Made by a program: the position numbers and the translations under genes. This document shows positions 47,866-57,031 of a stretch of 64,000 nucleotides of DNA, piece after piece; position 1 is the stretch's first letter, and every line of letters starts with the position of its first letter. Where the stretch lies: positions 401,260 through 465,259 of IMG/VR virus record IMGVR_UViG_3300034072_000926; one strand, given 5' to 3'. Under the pieces are notes generated by a model. That model had not been told where the DNA came from. It saw only the letters and a list, made by a program, of their open reading frames with translations, and did no database searches.

Positions 47866-49143
47866 TCAGTCCAACTCGCTCAGAAGGAATTTGTTCTCGA
47901 GATAGGGACGAAGCACCTCAGGGATACGTATCTCTCCGCCGTCCTGATAGTTCTCGAGCACCGCCACAAGTGTTCGACCAACAGCTAGACCACTACCGTT
48001 GAGGGTATGTGCGAAGACCGTGTGGCCATCAACCTTGTAGCGGGTATTCATGCGACGTGCTTGGAAATCGCCGCAGTTAGAGACGCTGCTGATCTCTCGA
48101 TACGCTTGCTGACCCGGAAGCCAGACCTCAATATCATAGGTCTTCTGTGCGCTGAAACCCATATCGCCCTTACAGAGCAACATCGTGCGATAAGGAAGAT
48201 CAAGACGAGCAAGGATCTGTTCAGCAGCATTCAGCATATAGTCATGCTCGCTGACACTTTGTTCGGGCTTGCAAATCGAAACCAATTCAACTTTCTGGAA
48301 CTGGTGTTGACGAATCAGCCCACGAGTATCACGACCTGCCGAGCCTGCCTCACTACGGAAGCAATCAGTCAATGCCACATAGCGATGCATCCCTAGCAGG
48401 ATTTCATCAGCATGGATATTGGTCAGGCTGACCTCGGCAGTGGGAATGAGATATTGTTCGGTTGCAAAGGCATCTTCGCTATTGGCAATTCCGAAGAGAT
48501 CATCTTTGAACTTGGGAAGCTGCCCAGTGCCGAATAGTGCTTCCTTGTTGACGATCACTGGAGGGATGACCTCGAGGAAGCCCCGCTCACGATGACTATC
48601 AAGCATGAACTGACCGAGGGCACGATGGAGACGAGCGACTGGACCCATCAACATGCTGAAGCGGGATCCGCTGATCTTCGCAGCACGGTCCATACCGAAT
48701 TGCAGGTCAAGTTCGTAATGAGGAACGGAGTTCTTGGGAAGGATGACGCCCCATTTGCGAACTTCTACATTGCTTGATTCGTTCGAGCCATCGGGAACAT
48801 CATCAGCCGCGATATTGGGACACTGTAGGAGATAGCCGTTGAGAACAAACTCACTGCTATTGGCCTGGTGCTCATATAGCTTGATATCGTCCTTCAGTTT
48901 CGCGATAATCGCTTTTAGCTCATCGACTTTCTCAAGGTCATTAGACTTCATAGCCAGACCAATATCCCCGCTGAGCTTTTTCAGAGCGGACTGCGCCTGC
49001 TGTTGCTTGGAAAGGAAGCCTCGACGATTCTCGTCATATTCGAGAATCTTATCCGTTTTTGGATCATGGCCTCGACTCTTCATAGCGTCAGTGAAGGCCT
49101 GTGGATTGTCCCTGATGGACTTGATATCGAAGTGATAATTCAT
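47866..49143 (-). CDS. serS: serine--tRNA ligase
   Basis: N-terminal coiled coil, LIPTAEV, FRSEAGSAGRDTRGLIRQHQFQKVE, EISSVSNC, TLNGSGLAVGRT. Confidence 0.96.
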   Translation of the reverse strand: MNYHFDIKSIRDNPQAFTDAMKSRGHDPKTDKILEYDENRRGFLSKQQQAQSALKKLSGDIGLAMKSNDLEKVDELKAIIAKLKDDIKLYEHQANSSEFVLNGYLLQCPNIAADDVPDGSNESSNVEVRKWGVILPKNSVPHYELDLQFGMDRAAKISGSRFSMLMGPVARLHRALGQFMLDSHRERGFLEVIPPVIVNKEALFGTGQLPKFKDDLFGIANSEDAFATEQYLIPTAEVSLTNIHADEILLGMHRYVALTDCFRSEAGSAGRDTRGLIRQHQFQKVELVSICKPEQSVSEHDYMLNAAEQILARLDLPYRTMLLCKGDMGFSAQKTYDIEVWLPGQQAYREISSVSNCGDFQARRMNTRYKVDGHTVFAHTLNGSGLAVGRTLVAVLENYQDGGEIRIPEVLRPYLENKFLLSELD

Positions 49144-49240
49144 ACCGCTTCGTAACATTGGTTACACTAGGCGTCAAGACTAGATTGGGTAGTCATGGTG
49201 AAACCCAGTTCGTTTCCGAACCGGGCCTCATGTATTTAGA

Positions 49241-50289
49241 GCAGGCTGAGATTACACCTACAAGCGAGTGTCTTTGGTCATTATCCCCGGCTTTGACACC
49301 GGTTTTCTCCCGTTATCCACTAAGCGTAGCCGAAGCATTCACCTAGTAACACTCAAAACCGCTTCCAATTTATATACCGCTGGCATTTGCGGTGTCCTAG
49401 TGATTTATCGGCAGCCTCTGTTCACGTCAGCCCTCGCAGACTGTTAAGGGGTTGCGGCCCCAACAAGAACTCTTCTACCAACACCTTTGAGGTCCCCCTC
49501 TCCAGTGCCTCTGTTAGCCTTAGCCCAGAGGATTGGGTTTCTTTTCTTCCATCGCTGGAAGTCACTAGCGAGTCAGGCTTTCGATTTTTATGCGTCAAGC
49601 ATAGCAAGTTTGACTGTAAACCCATTGCGATGTGCTGACTCAGTAGCTTCATTGGCTTTTGACCAACAAAATACTACACACCACGTATCTTTCGGCTTGC
49701 GACCTACTTGATGTTCTTTCAGGAATTGTCACAGGATTTGACTCCCATACCAACACCTTCAGAATGCCAATCGCCCTTGGTGCAACCTTCGGACTAATTG
49801 ACTATCTCTTACCACTAAGTAATGACCATATTTCGCTGGGAACGTCGGGTTGCGAAGCCCGTTGGATAGCCGCTCGTCGCCACTACCTTTATACCAACTT
49901 GCGTTGGAACAGTTGTCCTATGGTGTCCTACCTATCTCCACTGACCTGCAAGGCCTTGAAGAACTTCCTTTTGGGAAGTAGGTTGAGACTTGCTTGGTGA
50001 GACGACATTGCTATCGCGGAACCTATTGGGTTTCGGTTCCTTTCCACTAAGTTACCCTAGTGTCACTCTGTTAATGGCCCCAAGCGGCCAAACTTTCTAA
50101 CTCTGTAGTTGACCACTTTAACACCGAAGCGCCTTGTTGTCAACAACTTTGTTTCGATCGTTGCCTCTGCGGCACAACGCCCTACTTCTGATCAACTCTC
50201 ATCGTATCCCGCGGTCGGGAAATCCTTTCGGAAACCCCAGGCCTTGTTCTACTCCTGCTGACCTCTGTAGTGCGTTGCACCGCGTTGGT
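49241..50289 (-). ncRNA. large structured ncRNA, GOLLD-like
   Basis: ~1 kb without a credible ORF after a TTGACG-N17-TATAAC promoter; contains GGCGATTGGCATTCTGAAGGTGTTGGTATGGG and ends AGTGGATAA...GTGTAATCTCAGC, which match GOLLD motifs as I recall them. Confidence 0.65.
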
Positions 50290-50645
50290 CTAGCTGTTAT
50301 ATGCAAATAACCAGAGCGCGTCAACAACAAAAATAGATTATTTTGAAATTATTTTGCCCTGGTGCAAACCATAAGGATGGGCCCCAACAATCCTGAGAAT
50401 TGCTGGGACCCTAAGTAGGAACTGGGGGAGTTCCTACCCCGATGCGCTATTGTGTTTGGCTCACGAAGTCCAACCGACCTTAGGCTTCGGTATCCTGTCA
50501 ACGCTGCAATGCGACCTAGGAAAGCAACTCGCCGATCTAGCAAAACTTTCCAGAGAGCGCTAACAAGGATTAGCGTGTCGTATTACTAGAGCGATAAAAA
50601 TTAAGCAAATGAAAAATTGCGAACTATTTGAATCTTATATTTGAT

Positions 50646-51133
50646 ATGGTTAGGGCCTTAGAAACCTAAGTCTCTAAGGCCCAACCATCGAACCGAAGTT
50701 CTCTGGTTTTTGTCACCCTCGGTTCTTTCGCCTATCCCGAAGGATTAGCCAGGGAGTGCCGGAAGGTAACAAAACTCGGTTTAGGCCAGCTAGTTCAATA
50801 CCCACGAAAGGAAAGTTCTAGCTGGCCAACCAACAAAGACCTAAGTCTCTGTGGTATTCGTGTAGGTTTTCCTATATAGGCCAAAGCCACTAAACAGGAC
50901 CCTTGCACAAATTCGGTTTAGGGACCAGTCAATCCGAAAACTAACTGGTCCCAACCAACAAAGACCTAAGTCTCTGTGGTTTCTGTGCCAGTGATCTACT
51001 GTTGCTATGATCCGACCGAAGTCTTCTCAGGGAGTTCAGCAGTCTTTGCACAAAACTCGGGTTTAGGACAGTTGAGTGTTTATCCGGAGATTACTAACTC
51101 AACTGTCCAACCATCGAACCTAAGTTCTTTGGT
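50646..51133. repeat. array of four structured repeats with constant flanks and covarying stems
   Basis: units at about 50646-50707, 50778-50855, 50915-50980 and 51060-51133: GGTT(T)AGG-stem-loop-stem-CCAACCA plus a CCTAAG/CCGAAG hairpin ending TGGT. Confidence 0.8.
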
Positions 51134-51279
51134 ATCGGAAGGTTCTACGCGATTAACAAATCTAGTTAGCCGAAGCTTCTATTAAGTGTCACATCAGCGT
51201 GTGTGCGCTTCCGATAGCTGTTAAGTATGCGATGCCCGCAGAGTTTGCAAGTGGAGATTGCAAAAATTTTACAAAGACC

Positions 51280-51300
51280 TGTGCATAACTCTGTGGATTA
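51280..51300 (-). promoter_or_regulatory. two adjacent DnaA-box-like 9-mers
   Basis: TTATGCACA (fits TTWTNCACA) and TAATCCACA (one mismatch). Confidence 0.35.
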
Positions 51301-52110
51301 TTTCCGTTGGACCCGTCGACCTAGCAGAAGACCGGCACTCGCGAGACCAAACAGGAGAAGCATAGGTGGCGCAGGAACCGGCGTGGGATTGCCAGAACTT
51401 GTGCTGCCGCCCGATGAACTTGTCCAGTCGCCGCCGGTCGACGTTGAGGAACTGGAAGACGAACTGCTGGAAGAGCTCGAAGAAGACGAGCTACTCGAGG
51501 AAGAGCTGCTAGAACTACTCGACGACACGTTTCCAGAACTGCTCGTTACGTTTCCGCTCGAAGTTGACACGTTGCCACTCGAAGTTGAGACCCCTCCCGT
51601 TGAGCTTGAAACAGCCCCAGAGGAAGTGGACACACCGCCCGTAGACGTCGAGACACCGCCGGACGTAGAAGAGGTTGAACTTGAGATACCACCGGTGGAA
51701 CTACTCGTTGAGGAGATCACAACAGATCCGCCCCCACTACCACCGCCGCCGCCGAAGAAGCCGCCCATAAATCCACCGCTGCCGCCAAAGCCTCCTCCGT
51801 TCGCGACTGGAGCAGCACCGCCGCCGCTCGATCCGGACTGAACTGAAGCCTGCACAGGCAATACTGGAACTGGAGCAATGTTATTCACGACAGTGACCTG
51901 AACGGGCTGTGGTTTAACGACCTTTGTGGACTTTACGATATGTCGCTTACGGACAATGTGTCGCCGCACTGGTGCCTTGACCGACTTCCCTTTGGTGCTC
52001 TGAACATATGCAGGGCGTGGCTTCTGAGCAACATGAACTGCGCCACCCGCTAACAGAGCACCACCACAAGTGCAGGCACAGATCTTTGCTAGAGCCATAC
52101 GAACTGACAT
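51298..52110 (-). CDS. PEP-CTERM sorting-domain protein with Ser/Gly low-complexity tract
   Basis: C-terminal PVPAPPMLLLFGLASAGLLLGRR; N-terminus MSVRMALAKICACTCGG as I recall from sphingomonad PEP-CTERM proteins. Confidence 0.85.
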   Translation of the reverse strand: MSVRMALAKICACTCGGALLAGGAVHVAQKPRPAYVQSTKGKSVKAPVRRHIVRKRHIVKSTKVVKPQPVQVTVVNNIAPVPVLPVQASVQSGSSGGGAAPVANGGGFGGSGGFMGGFFGGGGGSGGGSVVISSTSSSTGGISSSTSSTSGGVSTSTGGVSTSSGAVSSSTGGVSTSSGNVSTSSGNVTSSSGNVSSSSSSSSSSSSSSSSSSSSSSSSSSSTSTGGDWTSSSGGSTSSGNPTPVPAPPMLLLFGLASAGLLLGRRVQRK

Positions 52111-52173
52111 AGATTCCTCCTATATACCTGTAATGTAATAGGATGACACCTTTGTCAACATTATTAAGAACCG

Positions 52174-52530
52174 TTAACTATTAAAAACCCAACCCGATTG
52201 GCTTGCCCGTTCGACCAGCTTACTGGTGAACTCCTTGATATAGTCGTCTGAGTCACAATTGCACGGCCACACCATGTCAGTATATTCGTTTGATATAACA
52301 TCCAAGAGATGTTCACGATCATATGTGTCGAGGGTTGGAGGAGTCTTTCGATCTTTCCAGTGTATTGCGATACGCTTTGGATAGCCGGTGATTAGCAGTC
52401 GAACCAGCTTTGGATCTTTGATTATGATCGCTGCCAAGAGTGCCTTGTTGGGAGCGACGAGACCTCGTTCACGCAAAGTATTGTCGCATATCTCGAGGTG
52501 ATGGGGTGCGAGGGTGCAGAGACGAGGCAT
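52174..52530 (-). CDS. hypothetical protein
   Basis: 118-aa ORF, TAATG coupling. Confidence 0.6.
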   Translation of the reverse strand: MPRLCTLAPHHLEICDNTLRERGLVAPNKALLAAIIIKDPKLVRLLITGYPKRIAIHWKDRKTPPTLDTYDREHLLDVISNEYTDMVWPCNCDSDDYIKEFTSKLVERASQSGWVFNS

Positions 52531-52721
52531 TATATCTTTCCTCTGGCTAGCAGTCGAACCCGTTCACGCGAGCATTCCTCAGGATTGGCGCGCATGAATT
52601 CAAGGATGGTCATGCCTTCACTATGTGCCCATCGAACCCATTTGGATTCAATGATGGCATCGATCTGTCGCTCGCCATAGCCAGCATCTCGCAATTCTTT
52701 GATCTCAGCGTTCTGGATCAT
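52530..52721 (-). CDS. hypothetical protein
   Basis: 63-aa ORF, GGAGGT SD, TTGACA promoter. Confidence 0.6.
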   Translation of the reverse strand: MIQNAEIKELRDAGYGERQIDAIIESKWVRWAHSEGMTILEFMRANPEECSRERVRLLARGKI

Positions 52722-52882
52722 TTATACCTCCTGTGCCTATTTCATAACATAGGATAGGAGTTTGTCAACCATTCATGATAACACCTCCGGACGAGGGGGA
52801 CTCAATCCGGAGGTGTATCGGTGAGAGGGTGTAAGTTCGCGCTCCTTACACGGCGGTCGCTACAGCGTCAAGCACTATTTCA

Positions 52883-53296
52883 TTAGCTTTGTGACTTTTG
52901 AGGCTCTTTGAAGTCAGTTCCGGTTCCACATCCGCGCTGGAGCGGAAGACCGGACAGAGTCTTCCCGCTCGGTCGGGGGAAGGTCGACTCGTCGTTCTGG
53001 ACGAATTCGCAGCCAGTCTGTTTGTCCCGAAGGATGTAGACACCGCGCTGGCTGTCGAGATTCGTATATTCGAATACCTCGCCATCATCTGGACTTTCGG
53101 ACACGACCTCGGGTTCGGCGGAGTTCGAGACATTCTCGGCATCCGCAAGAGGAACCTCAGAAGTAACAGCCGCTGCATTGACCTCATTCTGGATGATATC
53201 ATTGAGGGCGTGGTCTTCGACCGCCTGGTCCGGTCCACGACGCGAACAGGCCGACAAAGCCAATACTGCGCATCCAATTAGTAGAAAACGTCGCAT
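52883..53296 (-). CDS. lipoprotein with DUF6440-like C-terminus
   Basis: LALSAC lipobox; VYILRDKQTGCEF. Confidence 0.7.
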   Translation of the reverse strand: MRRFLLIGCAVLALSACSRRGPDQAVEDHALNDIIQNEVNAAAVTSEVPLADAENVSNSAEPEVVSESPDDGEVFEYTNLDSQRGVYILRDKQTGCEFVQNDESTFPRPSGKTLSGLPLQRGCGTGTDFKEPQKSQS

Positions 53297-53347
53297 ACGA
53301 TCTCCTTTCACCTACCCATTACAGTAGGGTAAGGAGAAGTCAACCGT

Positions 53348-53758
53348 TTATAGATTGCCTGCGCGTTTTAGTAGAAGAGCGGTTAGTTCGGCCATATTGC
53401 TCACCCGACACTTGGTGTAAGCTTTGTGGATTTGGGTGCGAACAGTTGAGACCTGTTTGCCAGTCTCGGCGCTTATCTCAGCCGGTGATTTGCCCTGCGC
53501 CAATAGCTGCAAGACTTCATACTCAGCTTGGCTCAAGCGATATTCATCCTTCAACCAAGTAAGGTCGTAGGGACTATCCATGTGGGTTAAGATGTCTTTA
53601 AGCAATTGTCGAAGGTCGCGGTCTCGGACATCTTTCAAGTGCGACATAATTCGTGCCCGAATACCAGAACCAGGCATTGGGATGGCCACCGTAGACATAT
53701 CGTTCGTATCAGCCCTGCTAGAGGTCTTGATAGCAACAGTATAATGGCTATTTTGCAC
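53348..53758 (-). CDS. LuxR-family HTH transcriptional regulator
   Basis: LSQAEYEVLQLLAQGKSPAEISAETGKQVSTVRTQIHKAYTK. Confidence 0.85.
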   Translation of the reverse strand: MQNSHYTVAIKTSSRADTNDMSTVAIPMPGSGIRARIMSHLKDVRDRDLRQLLKDILTHMDSPYDLTWLKDEYRLSQAEYEVLQLLAQGKSPAEISAETGKQVSTVRTQIHKAYTKCRVSNMAELTALLLKRAGNL

Positions 53759-53777
53759 GATTTGTCAACACCATATT

Positions 53778-54848
53778 CTAAATCAAACCAGTCGCAATTG
53801 CCCAGCGGGGATCTGAGACAATGGCGAGTAGTTCTTTACGATATTCATGCACTGATTCCAATGCTTCTTGCTTCTCACTTGATTTGTTCTTCGAAGCAAC
53901 GGTATAGAAGGGCATGAGCAACCAAGTAAACGAACTGAACATCCGATGATACTTGTCATCGAGTTCCATGACTCGATCCCTGGCCCAGAACTGTTCAGTT
54001 GAGAAATATGTCTCAGGAACCCATGTGGCAATCTTGAATGTGTAGTGCGCCTCAGGACCCCCTAGGGCTTCCAAATAGGGCCTATACGGCGGCTGACTAG
54101 CCCAACTACGCTGCACTCCGTCTTGATAGCGCAGACGTTCTAACGTGCAACCACCGGGGCCCTCAAAGCGATGTGTCTTCCCTATCTGACAGAGAAGCGC
54201 ACCATTAGCATATGGTATGAAGAACCTCTCGCCAATAGAGCCACCCGATGAAGCAAACGAGAACAAGTAGTGAGCAACGTGGCGCTTCCAATCGAACAGG
54301 TTGTCCGAGAGATGCTTGAGTGGCTCCCGATCAACTGCGCCGCGCTGAATCATGCGATACAAGGCATGTTGGCCGAGAAGAACAAAGCAAGAGGTCAAAT
54401 CGCCTACAAGCTTCTTGCGATTGACGCTCGTGGTGATCTGATACAGATCCAGCATCATTTCGTTGTGTTGGGTTTCGTCCTCTTCGTCGACATTGTTGGT
54501 CACGCGACGTTCGGAGAGATTCCAGAACTGATATGTCTTTGCCTGAGCAAAGCCAAATTCCGGACCGAGTTTGGCCCGCATCTCGATTTCACGGAATGGA
54601 GAGAACTTTTCTCGGATGTTGGCTTCGATTTGATTCTGAACTTCAATGAGACGTTTGTTCGACAACGTGCCATCAATATAGAAACCAGAGGGTTGGCCTT
54701 TGATTTCTATGCCGGGCTTGAGAATCCTGCCCGCAATGTTCTGGATTGTTTCGTTATTTCGAGGTTTCACAAGGTGTCGGATCTCCTCCTTTACGAGGCC
54801 CCAAGCTAACCTATCATACTCCTCGTCAAACACCGTTTCGATCTCCAA
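53778..54848 (-). CDS. hypothetical protein
   Basis: 356-aa ORF, TAG stop. Confidence 0.7.
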   Translation of the reverse strand: MEIETVFDEEYDRLAWGLVKEEIRHLVKPRNNETIQNIAGRILKPGIEIKGQPSGFYIDGTLSNKRLIEVQNQIEANIREKFSPFREIEMRAKLGPEFGFAQAKTYQFWNLSERRVTNNVDEEDETQHNEMMLDLYQITTSVNRKKLVGDLTSCFVLLGQHALYRMIQRGAVDREPLKHLSDNLFDWKRHVAHYLFSFASSGGSIGERFFIPYANGALLCQIGKTHRFEGPGGCTLERLRYQDGVQRSWASQPPYRPYLEALGGPEAHYTFKIATWVPETYFSTEQFWARDRVMELDDKYHRMFSSFTWLLMPFYTVASKNKSSEKQEALESVHEYRKELLAIVSDPRWAIATGLI

Positions 54849-54913
54849 TGCAATCTATGTAGCACGGATCGCAAAGGTGTCAAGACTGGTTAGTGAAAAA
54901 GAAACCCAGTCCG

Positions 54914-55585
54914 TTACTTTATGGATCTGCCTAATGACCAACCATTGGATAGAAGATCAACTACATCAGATCCTTTTACTTTCTTCGGTCCTTCTTCAGG
55001 ATGACACATCCATTTTGAGCCGAATTGGGAATTACCAGAACCTGTTTGATGCTTTGAAGTATTGGCTCCGATTTTCTTCTTAGCCTCATCAGTATGTTCT
55101 AGACCAGTGAAAGTGCCTTTACGACCCTTAGTAACAGTCAATGCCTTTTGGCTCATTTTCAAAAGCTGGGTGCGAATCTCTGCATCGAACTCCGGATCTT
55201 CCTTACGACGTTCTGTCTGTAGTTGGTTCTTTTTGCGAGCGCCTGCAGGACAAGCAACAGCACGATTTCGGGCACGAACTTCGGGATTGTCGTTTATATA
55301 TTTGAAACCGTTTCCGCCCCAACCACCCGGTATTAGATTGTAACAGTTGTCAGACTTTAGCAGATCTTCTGTTATAAGTTCTCGCTCTTTCAAACGCATT
55401 TCATGTTCATCTTTACAATAGAACAGAATTTCCCGTTTGAAATTTTCTCGTCCATGTTTAGCGATTGCTTGACCTAAAAGTTTCCCAGATCCGAGATAAC
55501 CGTCGTCAATCTTTAATGTTTGATGCATCCCGATATAGAATTTTCCATTTAGGATGTTAGTCGTTTTGTAGATTATATAGAACAC
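54914..55585 (-). CDS. GIY-YIG homing endonuclease with NUMOD3-like motif
   Basis: IIYKTTNILNGKFYIG..YLGSG..FKREIL; HTDEAKKKIG; AT-rich. Confidence 0.9.
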   Translation of the reverse strand: MFYIIYKTTNILNGKFYIGMHQTLKIDDGYLGSGKLLGQAIAKHGRENFKREILFYCKDEHEMRLKERELITEDLLKSDNCYNLIPGGWGGNGFKYINDNPEVRARNRAVACPAGARKKNQLQTERRKEDPEFDAEIRTQLLKMSQKALTVTKGRKGTFTGLEHTDEAKKKIGANTSKHQTGSGNSQFGSKWMCHPEEGPKKVKGSDVVDLLSNGWSLGRSIK

Positions 55586-55630
55586 AAAATACCCGCAGTC
55601 ATTACTAACTGCGGGTATTTATTAAAGCGG

Positions 55631-55705
55631 CAGCGAGGGATGGGCTCGAACCACCGCCGACGATCTCTTCACAAGATCGCGCTCTACCAACTGAGCTACC
55701 CCGCT
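55631..55705 (-). tRNA. tRNA with 9-nt anticodon loop (TT-GTG-AAGA, His-like anticodon)
   Basis: AGCGGGG/CCTCGCT acceptor, GCTC/GAGC D-stem, CGATC/GATCG stem, GGTGG-TTCGAGC-CCATC; G73; no CCA. Confidence 0.65.
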
Positions 55706-55849
55706 ATGGTTGGGATGGAAGTTCTTCAAGTTTGGACAATTGCTTGTCCGCACAGGCATTTTACTTCCATCCCTCAGTGTGCGTCGCTGTAAGCTTGCAC
55801 ATCAGACCTTATTACTACAAGACTCTGATACAAGCGTCAACAACTATTT

Positions 55850-56551
55850 TCAGTCTTTCTTCACGCCCACAAAGCGGAGCAGGAAGAGGAAGAGATTGAG
55901 GAAGTCGAGGTAGAGGTTCAGCGCACCCATGACCACGATTCGACCCTTCGTATCACTGTCCATACGCGGGCTATAGGCTTCCTTGAGAGTCTGCGTATCC
56001 CAGGCAGTCAAGCCGGCGAAGATCAGGATACCCGCGATGCCGATGAACAAGTTCAGTCCAGTGCTGGGCATGAAAATGTTCAGGATCATGAGGCCCAGAA
56101 GACCGAACAAGCTGAAGATCAGGAAGCCACCGATTGGACCGAGGTCACGCTTGGTCGTGTAACCGTAGAGGCTACAGCCCGCAAAACCGATAGCAGCACC
56201 GAGGAATGCGAACAGAATCGAACCACCGGTATATTTGCTCAGGATCAGACCGAGACCCAGACCTTCGAGGATCACGAACGACCAGTAAAGGCCATGCAGC
56301 GTGGACAGTTTCATGCGCTCGACACCGAGGCTCATCGCGAACACCAAGGCTAGCGGCGACAGTGCGACGATCCAGAAAAGCAGACCGCCCTGCTTGAGAG
56401 TCTCGACCATACCGCTGATCTGTGCGAACCATGCAGCGCCGGCGCTGACGAGAAGACCCATGAGCATCAGATTGTAGATGCTCGTCATATAGTTGCGAAG
56501 GCCTTGGTCAACGGCCTCGCGTTCTGCAATATACATTCGTGAAACCTCCAT
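55850..56551 (-). CDS. Bax inhibitor-1/YccA family membrane protein
   Basis: multiple TM helices; YGYTTKRDL, AWDTQTLK, GALNLYLDFLNLFLFLLR. Confidence 0.92.
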   Translation of the reverse strand: MEVSRMYIAEREAVDQGLRNYMTSIYNLMLMGLLVSAGAAWFAQISGMVETLKQGGLLFWIVALSPLALVFAMSLGVERMKLSTLHGLYWSFVILEGLGLGLILSKYTGGSILFAFLGAAIGFAGCSLYGYTTKRDLGPIGGFLIFSLFGLLGLMILNIFMPSTGLNLFIGIAGILIFAGLTAWDTQTLKEAYSPRMDSDTKGRIVVMGALNLYLDFLNLFLFLLRFVGVKKD

Positions 56552-56598
56552 TTAGACTCACTCATACCACTATACAGGGTGGTAGGAAGGATGTCAAC

Positions 56599-56817
56599 CT
56601 ACTTGAACTTACCCTTCGGCCGAACGATGGTTGCGTTCTTGATATCAAGCGATGAGAAGAAGCCGTTCCGCTTCGAGAGTTCCTCGCGAGTGACTTTGCC
56701 CGACTTTAAGTCAGCTTCGTCTTTATCCCTCGCTGCCTGTTTCTCCGCCGCCCTCGCTTTCGGGTCGAATGTTCCTACGGATATAGGCTTTTTGGTTGAG
56801 GATTTCTTCTGGTTCAC
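56599..56817 (-). CDS. hypothetical basic protein
   Basis: 72-aa ORF, AAGGA SD. Confidence 0.55.
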   Translation of the reverse strand: MNQKKSSTKKPISVGTFDPKARAAEKQAARDKDEADLKSGKVTREELSKRNGFFSSLDIKNATIVRPKGKFK

Positions 56818-56971
56818 GGGGATGATCCTTTAGTCGCTCGATTATGGCTTGGAAGATCATTGGCTTCATGGAACCGAATGGCGCATTGATTCCACTCAGC
56901 TCTTCAAGTTGGTTCTCACAGAACCGAATGATCTCAATATCGGTTAGTGGATATTGGGCTAGATTTCGCAT
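56723..56971 (-). CDS. hypothetical protein
   Basis: 82-aa ORF overlapping the next by 95 nt. Confidence 0.45.
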   Translation of the reverse strand: MRNLAQYPLTDIEIIRFCENQLEELSGINAPFGSMKPMIFQAIIERLKDHPREPEEILNQKAYIRRNIRPESEGGGETGSEG

Positions 56972-57031
56972 ATCAGTGTCCTGAAAGTAATAAGACCATT
57001 ACGGTCAATAAGAAAGCCGCGACACCTTGTT

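Noticed and set aside
49158-50000. Short ORFs in the large non-coding block
   Set aside because: No SD, non-protein-like composition, and they lie within the GOLLD-like RNA
50646-50660. Pistol ribozyme (TGGTTAGGGCC match)
   Set aside because: No P1 partner CCAC and no matching pseudoknot strand follow; no hammerhead or twister cores seen either
50646-51133. CRISPR array
   Set aside because: Repeats are not identical, the variable parts are self-complementary stems rather than spacers, the period is ~135 nt, and no cas genes are present
51400-51850. Ser/Gly tract as a DNA tandem repeat or contingency locus
   Set aside because: Mixed TCN/AGY codons; selection is at the protein level
52162-52185. 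CtrA box
   Set aside because: TTAA half-sites are spaced by 6 nt, not 7
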